A stretch of DNA of 64,000 nucleotides from an uncultured Woeseiaceae bacterium (GTDB taxonomy: Bacteria; Pseudomonadota; Gammaproteobacteria; Steroidobacterales; Woeseiaceae), in NCBI GenBank assembly GCA_964615665.1, contig CAZTQL010000001.1:7977-71976 (forward strand), written 5' to 3'. Below the pieces are notes generated by a model. The model had not been told where the DNA came from. It was given only the letters and a program-made list of their open reading frames with translations, and made no database searches. The position numbers and the translations under genes are program-made. Below are positions 48,463 to 55,891 of the stretch, piece after piece; the first letter of the stretch is position 1; each line of letters opens with the position of its first letter.

Positions 48463-51318
48463 CTAACGGTAACCGAACAGCATCGTGTAAATGATCAGGC
48501 TCAGCAGAACCAGCCCGAAGGCGAGTGCCGCGAAGCCGAATATCCTCACGCCGCGTTCTTTACCCTCTGGGAAGGCTTTCACGAGATGATTCTCCAGCTC
48601 ACCGGATTTCACCATCGCTTCGTACTCGCCAGGCTTATCGTATTTCAGCTCTTCCACGGATATCCGCCCACTGAATATCACGGGATCCATGGGGAACTTG
48701 TCGGGCCGGAAGTGTGTGTTGAAGAAATGAATCGTAAATATGAAACCGACCGCGAGCAGCGCCTCGTCACTGTGGATGATCGTCGCCACGTTGACGGCCC
48801 AGCCAGGAACGATGTAGGTGAACGTTTCGGGGAACCACAGGACCAACCCTGTCGTACCAATTATGGCCACACCCCAGGCAACCGCGAAGTAGTCGAACTT
48901 CTCCCAATACGTGTAACGACCGTAACTGGGGCGGGGGCCCATGCCGAAGAACCACTTGATGGACTGGATGAACTCCTTGAGGTCGCGGCCGTTGAAAATG
49001 ATGGAATCCGGTCCGGTAATGATCTGCAACCAGGTGTGCCCCGTGGTCTTCTTGTGACGAAGCACATCGATCACGTGCGCAATGAAGACGCCGATCAACA
49101 CAACCGCACCGACGCGATGCAGGAATCCCATACTATCGAACCCGCCGAGGACCCTGGAGGTCAACTGTGCCCAGAACATATACGAAAATTTCAATGCCAT
49201 GCCCGTCAACGCCAGCGTGAAGAAGCTGAGCATCATTACGACATGCATGGTGCGCTGGTAGCGACTGAATCGACGGTAGAATTTCTGGTCTTTGTTGCGG
49301 GCAATAGCCTTATGCGCCTTCCACTCTTCGCGGTTCAGCAATAGGCGTACAACCCAGGCCAGCGTATGCAGCAGCGCAAACGACAGCGTACCGACCAGCA
49401 ACGCGGTCATGCCCCAGAAGGACCAGAACAACCACGGGTAGGTCGCGCGATCGTGGTGCGTCGCGTGTGTCAGGTAGCCGGCAAAACGCCGGTGCGATCC
49501 TTCGTGACACTGGCCACAAGTCTCAACCACGTTGTCGCGGCTAAGCCGCGAGGCAGGGTCGGCGGGACTGAGAATATCGTGCGTGCCATGACAGTCGTAA
49601 CACTTGGCAACGCCCTCTGCGCCGAGGCGCGAGACCTTGCCGTGAAACGTGTCAAAGTAGGTCTCAGTCTGGTCTTCGTGACAGCGGCCGCACTGCTCCA
49701 TCATCTCTGTGCGGAATCCCACATCTTCGGTGCGAGAGATCGTGTGCGAAGCGTGACAGTCCTCGCAGGTGGGATACTCTTTGTCGGGATCCGGGTCGTC
49801 AGACCAGTGGACGCTGGCGCGGAACGTCTCCTCTACCCCGTGGTGGCAGGTACCGCAGGTGCCAGCGATATTTTGTGGACTCACGGGGGACTCCGGATCC
49901 TCCGGAGGACGCTCGGAGTGTGCGCCATGACAATCGGCGCAGGTTGCCGACACGATGAGGCCGGCATTCAAGGCTCGACCATGAACGCTGTCTTCATAGC
50001 TGCCCACGATATCGTCCACTTTGGCGTGGATCCGGGTCGCGGCCTGTTCACCGACGCGATGACACTCTCCGCATAGCGCGGGGACGTTACGCGGATAGGT
50101 AGGCGACACGGGAAGTTCACTGCCGAGTGTGGCGTGTTTGGCATGGCAGTCCCGGCAGATCGGTGCATCCGGATCGTCTTGCGCATGCAGGGTTCCGTGC
50201 GCACTGCCCTGGTACTCGGTGACCTGTTCGGCATGGCAGATGCTGCAATCCACGGGTGACTGCACAGTTTCGCAGGCGCGTTCCTGGGCGACCGTCACAT
50301 CCGTGTGACATTGAGCGCAGGCGGTGTCTGCATGCATCGAGCCCTCGTAGGCCTGCTCGTCAACGTACAGACTGACGGTTTCTCCATCGCGAGTCATCGC
50401 CAGATCCGTCTGGCTATGGCAGGTCAGGCAATCCTTGTCGGCCAGACCGTCAGGGTAGAAAACGGCGCGAATCTTGTGTGGGGCATGGCAGTCGACGCAG
50501 GCCGGAATCTTGCCCGGATTTTCCTCCCACAGATTGCCTTCGATCACCTTGCGATGAACGCGCTCAATCTGCCCATGGCAGGTAGTGCACATCGTAGCGA
50601 CATTGTCCGGGTGGATGCTCGACCGAGGATCGGTATGCGGAAGGATGTCATGAGACGTGTGACAGGAAGTACAGACGGCTGTGACGGTGAGGCCTTGCTG
50701 GAACAGGCCCTCGCCGTGAATACTCATCGAGTAATTCTCGATGATGTTGTCCTGGGAGATCTCGTGAGTTCGCGATACGGGAGCGCCCTCGCGGTGACAA
50801 CTGCCGCAGAGCAGCGGCACGTTCATTATCGCTGTCGACGCGTCCGGATCCGAGGCTGACAGGACTTCGTGCTTGCCGTGGCAGTCGGCACAATTCGGTG
50901 CCATCGGATCGCCGTTTTTTGCGGCCGTGCCATGCAGGCTGCCGCCATGCGCTCTCGCCTGGGACTTGTGGCAATCACCACAATCGACAGGCTCCAGGTC
51001 CTCAGCGTGCCGCCGACGTTTTGACCCGGCAAGGTCCTTGTGACAATCCACACAGGCAGTACCGGCGTGCACGGAAGTGGCGCCCGCTTTCGCGGCAACA
51101 TAGACCGAAATCTCCTCATCTCCGCGGTAACCGGTAAGCTCCGGGTCGTCATGACACTTGAGGCATCTGCTGTCCTCCTGCGCCAATGCGGGCGTTCCTG
51201 CGAACCAGAGAATCGCGGTCGCCGCGACGAACCAAAAGGTTCGGCGACTACTTGGGAGGAGTCGGTGGCCGGGCGAGCGGCCACGCGAAAGACGCGCGAG
51301 GAGAGCGACCTTTGTCAT
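48463..51318 (-). CDS. fusion protein: periplasmic 19-heme cytochrome c plus C-terminal membrane diheme cytochrome b domain (CbcL-like, expanded)
   Basis: 951 aa with a signal peptide ending ALAQE and 19 CXXCH motifs. About 6 TM helices follow, with His positions matching the paralog (TMHVV, FLHRVGAV, IIHSDEA...TIHFF). Confidence 0.85.
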   Translation of the reverse strand: MTKVALLARLSRGRSPGHRLLPSSRRTFWFVAATAILWFAGTPALAQEDSRCLKCHDDPELTGYRGDEEISVYVAAKAGATSVHAGTACVDCHKDLAGSKRRRHAEDLEPVDCGDCHKSQARAHGGSLHGTAAKNGDPMAPNCADCHGKHEVLSASDPDASTAIMNVPLLCGSCHREGAPVSRTHEISQDNIIENYSMSIHGEGLFQQGLTVTAVCTSCHTSHDILPHTDPRSSIHPDNVATMCTTCHGQIERVHRKVIEGNLWEENPGKIPACVDCHAPHKIRAVFYPDGLADKDCLTCHSQTDLAMTRDGETVSLYVDEQAYEGSMHADTACAQCHTDVTVAQERACETVQSPVDCSICHAEQVTEYQGSAHGTLHAQDDPDAPICRDCHAKHATLGSELPVSPTYPRNVPALCGECHRVGEQAATRIHAKVDDIVGSYEDSVHGRALNAGLIVSATCADCHGAHSERPPEDPESPVSPQNIAGTCGTCHHGVEETFRASVHWSDDPDPDKEYPTCEDCHASHTISRTEDVGFRTEMMEQCGRCHEDQTETYFDTFHGKVSRLGAEGVAKCYDCHGTHDILSPADPASRLSRDNVVETCGQCHEGSHRRFAGYLTHATHHDRATYPWLFWSFWGMTALLVGTLSFALLHTLAWVVRLLLNREEWKAHKAIARNKDQKFYRRFSRYQRTMHVVMMLSFFTLALTGMALKFSYMFWAQLTSRVLGGFDSMGFLHRVGAVVLIGVFIAHVIDVLRHKKTTGHTWLQIITGPDSIIFNGRDLKEFIQSIKWFFGMGPRPSYGRYTYWEKFDYFAVAWGVAIIGTTGLVLWFPETFTYIVPGWAVNVATIIHSDEALLAVGFIFTIHFFNTHFRPDKFPMDPVIFSGRISVEELKYDKPGEYEAMVKSGELENHLVKAFPEGKERGVRIFGFAALAFGLVLLSLIIYTMLFGYR

Positions 51319-51330
51319 CTTTTTGTTTTT

Positions 51331-51383
51331 CCCTGATGCCAGAGTCCCTAGTTAAGGTAATAAGACACTGTTTGGTATCAGGG
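51331..51383 (-). promoter_or_regulatory. imperfect inverted repeat (11-nt arms, about 31-nt loop) in the leader of the 19-heme gene
   Basis: ccctgatgcca (51331-51341) pairs with tggtatcaggg (51373-51383) with one mismatch. On the minus-strand RNA the 3' arm overlaps the AGGGA Shine-Dalgarno-like element about 13 nt before the ATG at 51318. Confidence 0.3.
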
Positions 51384-51420
51384 ATTTCCGAGGGCGGCCT
51401 TTCGTTACCGCGCGGCGGCG

Positions 51421-51795
51421 TCAGGCGGCATACAGCGGACTGATGTCCATGTAGATCTTGTAGTGCGCGATCAATTCGCCGTCGACCTCAAAAATGTCGG
51501 TAAACGGCAGCGTAATCTCGGTACCGTCCGACCGGGTATAAGTCACCTCACCCTCGATGAGTTGCGTCGACCCATCCACGACGACCTTCGCAATAGCATG
51601 AGATAAGCCGGCGATTGTGCCGAAGAACCCGTCGACGGCCGCCGCAACGGCGTCACGTCCCTGCACAGGCGGAGCAGAACCAAAACGAAACACGGCGTCG
51701 TCGCTCAGGAAGCCGACGAACGCCGTGGTGTCTTGCCGATCAATGGCGGCAAAAACGCCGCCAGTATCAAAACTGGCGGCGGGTGCCTCTGTCAT
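51421..51795 (-). CDS. NTF2/SnoaL-like fold protein
   Basis: 124 aa with no signal peptide. The pattern (FLSDDAVFRFG...GRDAV...F..I....H, C-terminal IAHYKIYMD) is typical of SnoaL-like small proteins. The ATG overlaps the upstream stop (ATGA). Confidence 0.6.
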   Translation of the reverse strand: MTEAPAASFDTGGVFAAIDRQDTTAFVGFLSDDAVFRFGSAPPVQGRDAVAAAVDGFFGTIAGLSHAIAKVVVDGSTQLIEGEVTYTRSDGTEITLPFTDIFEVDGELIAHYKIYMDISPLYAA

Positions 51796-52403
51796 TGAAC
51801 GCTGCCGTAGTAATGAACCAAAGCTGTTACGTCATCTGCGGACAACATAGCCACTTTTTCTTTCATTTTCTTCGGTTGATCGCGCGAGCCGTCAACGAAC
51901 TGCGCCATGGTGGTTTCCAGATAGCCCATCATCTGTCCACCCATCATGCCGGCTTCGTCTTCGGCATTGGTGCCAGCATCTGAATGACACTTGTCGCAGT
52001 GCTCGTCGTGCAGAGCCTTGCCTGCGTCAACCAGACCGGCATCAAAGTCCTGTTTTACTTTCACATAGTCGAGCTCGGCGTACGCTAAAGCGATCGCGTC
52101 GATATCGTCCTCGCTCAACTCTGCCGCTATCGCGCACATCGTCGTGGCAGGTTTGCCCGTATCGCCATGCCGATATTCAGATTCCGCACAGGGCCGGCCT
52201 TCTTCCTGGTAAACATACAGCGCATCGACGTGCACGAACTCGGGAAAACCGGCTAGCGTCGGTACGTCGCTCGATTCACTGACGCCACCGGGGCCATGGC
52301 AGCTATTACAGTCAGCCATCATCGACTCTACGTCGCCTGCATTGGCGGAAGTGGCAGCGAGCGCCAGCAAGGCTGCTGCTGTGGAAAAAATTAGTCGTTT
52401 CAT
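51792..52403 (-). CDS. periplasmic diheme class-I cytochrome c (c4-like)
   Basis: The ATG at 52403 is preceded by GGAG and gives signal peptide MKRLIFSTAAALLALAATSANA. Two CXXCH motifs (CNSCH, CDKCH) sit in two domains of about 90 aa each. The upstream 36 codons of the ORF were rejected. Confidence 0.8.
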   Translation of the reverse strand: MKRLIFSTAAALLALAATSANAGDVESMMADCNSCHGPGGVSESSDVPTLAGFPEFVHVDALYVYQEEGRPCAESEYRHGDTGKPATTMCAIAAELSEDDIDAIALAYAELDYVKVKQDFDAGLVDAGKALHDEHCDKCHSDAGTNAEDEAGMMGGQMMGYLETTMAQFVDGSRDQPKKMKEKVAMLSADDVTALVHYYGSVQ

Positions 52404-52670
52404 GTCGTCTCCTCGGAGTTCCGATCTCTTGCGGGTTATTACCACGATTATCGTTGCTGCAATCTGAATACACCCTGAACGAGGGCGCGTTTCGACTGCG
52501 GGGTTTAGCATATTATCAGGCCGCCTCCAAGCGACAACCAGTAGGTAGATGCCGTGATATCATCTACAGACGTATTTGTTACAACACATACCTTGAATTT
52601 ATAACGATTCTAAACGGGGCAACTGGTTAAGAATCAATCACTTACAACATCGACCTTCTGAGGGAACGAC
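52404..52670. promoter_or_regulatory. divergent promoter/control region between the two cytochrome operons
   Basis: 267-bp, visibly AT-richer non-coding gap. A candidate sigma70-like element for mtrC is TTGTTA (52576-52581), 17 nt, TTATAA (52599-52604). The palindrome TGATATCA lies at 52555-52562. Confidence 0.4.
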
Positions 52671-54926
52671 ATGAGCCGTCCATTCGACCCCCGATCTAAA
52701 ATTTTGAGCCTTCTATGCGCATCCGCATTACTGTTCGCATGCAGTGGAGATACGGGCCCGACGGGCCCGGCCGGAGCGTCTGGTTCAACCGGTTCGACCG
52801 GACCCGGCGGATCCACCGGCTCGACAGGCGGCACCGTGTCCGCTTTGGTACCGATCCAGTCGGTGGAAAAAATCAACGTGTCGTACGACAGCGTAGCGAT
52901 TGAGGCCGGCGGCCAGGCTCCCGACATCTTAATGCGCCTGACGGACGATTTCGGCTTCGGGATCACCGGTCTGCCGGCGGCAAGCGTGGGCTTTACGTTG
53001 GCACAGCTTTCGCCAGGCCAGGACGGTGGTTCGAGCGAATGGCAGTCATACGTGACGCGCAACAGCGCCGGAATTGAGAACGCGCAGGCAACAACGGAAT
53101 CGGCCGGCGCAGGCAGCTTCACGGATAACGGCGACGGCACCTATACCTATGTCTTCGCACAGAACCTGCCCGACTATGCGGGCGGCCCCACATTCGACGC
53201 CAACAAGATTCACCGTCTCGGCGTGGAGATTCGCACCGATCGCGGCGGCTTCCTGCCCGAGAACATCCCGGCGAACAACGCACCGTTTGATTTTGTGCCG
53301 GCCGGCGGCAGCCCCGCCGATCTGGAGCAGCGACTTATTGTCAACAACGACGCCTGCAATGCCTGTCATGACAACCTCGAACTGCACGGTGAAGCGCGCT
53401 TCGATGTCGAGTATTGCGTGACCTGCCATAACCCCTACTCCGTCGATGGCGATACCGCCGACGAGCCGTGGGGCGGCTCGGTTGATATGACAGTGATGAT
53501 CCACAAGATTCACTTTGGCGTGAATCTGACCAACGGTTACCGAGTTGTTGGGTACGGTGGCTTTGAGCACGACTACTCCGACGTCGAATTTCCGCAGGAC
53601 GTACGCAACTGCACAACCTGCCACCAGGAATCGAACGACGCGGTACCGCAAGCCAGCAACTGGCGCACCGTGCAGAACCGCGCCGCCTGTGGCACCTGCC
53701 ATGACGACATCGACTGGGAAGGCGGCACGCATCCGGGTGGCTTTGTCTTCACAGACGACCTGCAATGTCAGGATTGTCACGATGACACCGCTCCGGCGAC
53801 TGAGGCTAAACTCCGGGTCTCCGAAGCGCATGCCCAGCCCAATCGCGAGGCTAGCGAACGATTCGCTTACAACATCCTGGATATCAGTGAGACCGACGTC
53901 GGAGACTTCCCGGTGATCCAGTACTCGGTCACCGACCCAACCAACGGCGACGCGCCTTACGATCTTCTAGGCGATCCGGAATGGACCGTTTGTGGCCCGG
54001 CCCGACTGGCTGTAGGCATTGCCTGGGATACGGCCGACTATCACAATAACGATAGCGGCAACGCCCCGGGCCTGGGCGTATCGATGAACGCGATCAACTG
54101 TTTCGGTGGTTCTCCTGCCGACCTCGGTGCCGGTGTGTTTAGCGTCACTTCACCGGTTGCCGTACCTGCCACCGCCGGTGGGTCGCTCGCGGTAACCATT
54201 GACGGGCATCCCGCGGTCGATATCGGCGGCACGCTCGAGCGGATCGCCGTGACCAATGCCGTGGCCTATGCGGCAATAACGGACGCCACAGCCAAGCCAC
54301 GCCGCAACGCGGTCGCCATTGAAAAGTGCGACGACTGCCATAGTCAGCTGGCGATACATGGCAATAACCGCACGGACAACATCGAGGTTTGTGTGACCTG
54401 TCATGCGCCGAATGCCACCGATGTCAACCAACGTGGCGGCGACTGCGAAACTGACCTTGGTCTCGATGATTCGTCGATTGACATGAAGTACATGATCCAT
54501 GCGATCCACGCGTCTGGGACCATTGAAGTTCCTTACGAGGTTTGCGGATTCGGCAACTCAACCCACGTGTATGACTTTGTTTACCCGGGCAAGCTGAACA
54601 ATTGCGAAGGCTGCCATGTCCCGGGCGGCTATTACCCGGTTGATCCGAGCAATGTACTTGGCACGACCGTCGATACTGGCCCGGACAAGACCACGCCAAT
54701 GGATGACAAGGTCGTATCGCCGAACTCGTCTGTCTGCTCGTCCTGTCATACGAGCACGCTTGCGGCGAATCACATGACCCAGAACGGTGGTGACTTCGAT
54801 GCGAGAAAATCCGCGGACAGCACGCTGATATCGTCCGGCGCAGAGACCTGCGAACTCTGCCACGGAGAAGGCCGTCAGTCGGATGTCAAGGTAGTGCACG
54901 GTATCGAAGCGTTCGAGTTCAACTAA
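52671..54926 (+). CDS. mtrC: OmcA/MtrC-family outer-surface decaheme cytochrome c lipoprotein
   Basis: 751 aa with lipobox LLFACSG and 10 CXXCH motifs in a 5+5 arrangement split by a heme-free region of about 180 aa. The overall layout (heme-free N-terminal domain, pentaheme, heme-free, pentaheme) matches MtrC. It is followed by mtrA and mtrB. Confidence 0.88.
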   Translation: MSRPFDPRSKILSLLCASALLFACSGDTGPTGPAGASGSTGSTGPGGSTGSTGGTVSALVPIQSVEKINVSYDSVAIEAGGQAPDILMRLTDDFGFGITGLPAASVGFTLAQLSPGQDGGSSEWQSYVTRNSAGIENAQATTESAGAGSFTDNGDGTYTYVFAQNLPDYAGGPTFDANKIHRLGVEIRTDRGGFLPENIPANNAPFDFVPAGGSPADLEQRLIVNNDACNACHDNLELHGEARFDVEYCVTCHNPYSVDGDTADEPWGGSVDMTVMIHKIHFGVNLTNGYRVVGYGGFEHDYSDVEFPQDVRNCTTCHQESNDAVPQASNWRTVQNRAACGTCHDDIDWEGGTHPGGFVFTDDLQCQDCHDDTAPATEAKLRVSEAHAQPNREASERFAYNILDISETDVGDFPVIQYSVTDPTNGDAPYDLLGDPEWTVCGPARLAVGIAWDTADYHNNDSGNAPGLGVSMNAINCFGGSPADLGAGVFSVTSPVAVPATAGGSLAVTIDGHPAVDIGGTLERIAVTNAVAYAAITDATAKPRRNAVAIEKCDDCHSQLAIHGNNRTDNIEVCVTCHAPNATDVNQRGGDCETDLGLDDSSIDMKYMIHAIHASGTIEVPYEVCGFGNSTHVYDFVYPGKLNNCEGCHVPGGYYPVDPSNVLGTTVDTGPDKTTPMDDKVVSPNSSVCSSCHTSTLAANHMTQNGGDFDARKSADSTLISSGAETCELCHGEGRQSDVKVVHGIEAFEFN

Positions 54927-55879
54927 TGGCGACATTAGTTACTCGTCGCGGCTGGCTTAGCCTGCCCGTGCTGATGATGGCTCTCGTGGCCATCGCAGCG
55001 CCGGCCACGTCGTTGGCCCAGGATGACGAAGCGCCAAGCTATAGTAAGGAAGGCGCGGACACCTGCTTCAAATGCCATGACGATCAAGTCGTGTTGGGCG
55101 TATTTCGCACCAAGCATGCGGTACCGACGGATCCAAACTCCCCGTTTGGGCACGGCCAGTTGCAGTGCGAAGCGTGCCACGGTCCTGGCGGCGACCACTC
55201 CGGGCGCGTGCGCCGCGGTAAGGAACGGCCGGTTATGGTGCGCTTTGGCTCCGATAGCGGCACGCCGGTGCCCGAGCAGAACTCATACTGCCTGGACTGT
55301 CATTTGCCCGATGCCGGGTTCGCCTGGCACGGGAGCGCTCACGACGACAACACGGTCGCCTGCGCCGACTGCCATGACAGCCACGTCGAACGTGACCCGG
55401 TCCTCGCAACAACGACTCAGGCCGAGGTTTGCTTCGACTGCCATCAGCAGCAACGCACCGCGTCGATGAAACCGTACGCGCACCCACTGCGTGACGGCAA
55501 AATGACATGCACCGGCTGCCACAACACGCATGGCGATACGACCGAGCTGCTGCTGGCCCGCACAACCACCAATCAGACCTGCTTCGACTGTCACGCAGAA
55601 AAACGCGGGCCCTACCTCTGGGAACATGCGCCTGCTGCCGAGGACTGCGGCAACTGTCACGATCCGCACGGCTCCAACCATCCGGGCATGCTGTCGAAGC
55701 GCGCTCCGCTACTCTGCCAGAGCTGCCATTCACAGGACGGCCATCCGAGCCTGCCGCAGGATGAACGTGGCCTGCCATCCGGCACGGCCTCTCGATTCCT
55801 GCTGGGTCAGAGCTGTCTCAACTGCCATGAACAGGTGCACGGATCGAACCATCCGTCCGGCACCAAGCTAATGCGCTAG
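54926..55879 (+). CDS. mtrA: MtrA/DmsE-family periplasmic decaheme cytochrome c
   Basis: 317 aa with a signal peptide and 10 CXXCH motifs at high density (CFKCH, CEACH, CLDCH, CADCH, CFDCH, CTGCH, CFDCH, CGNCH, CQSCH, CLNCH). The ATG overlaps the mtrC stop (TAATG). Confidence 0.92.
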   Translation: MATLVTRRGWLSLPVLMMALVAIAAPATSLAQDDEAPSYSKEGADTCFKCHDDQVVLGVFRTKHAVPTDPNSPFGHGQLQCEACHGPGGDHSGRVRRGKERPVMVRFGSDSGTPVPEQNSYCLDCHLPDAGFAWHGSAHDDNTVACADCHDSHVERDPVLATTTQAEVCFDCHQQQRTASMKPYAHPLRDGKMTCTGCHNTHGDTTELLLARTTTNQTCFDCHAEKRGPYLWEHAPAAEDCGNCHDPHGSNHPGMLSKRAPLLCQSCHSQDGHPSLPQDERGLPSGTASRFLLGQSCLNCHEQVHGSNHPSGTKLMR

Positions 55880-55891
55880 GAGCGTCGTGCG

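Noticed and set aside
48409-50859. Several + strand ORFs (48409..49344, 49366..50076, 50305..50859)
   Set aside because: All are antisense to the 19-heme cytochrome gene, whose frame is validated by 19 in-frame CXXCH motifs. The antisense products are low-complexity and Arg-rich.
52404-52670. Fur box or FNR/CRP site in the divergent cytochrome control region
   Set aside because: By eye there is no good match to GATAATGATAATCATTATC or TTGAT-N4-ATCAA. The TGATATCA palindrome has zero spacing between its half-sites. The question is left open for a matrix scan.
53046-53831. 261-aa minus-strand ORF inside mtrC
   Set aside because: It is antisense to a frame carrying a lipobox and ten CXXCH motifs, and it has no features of its own.
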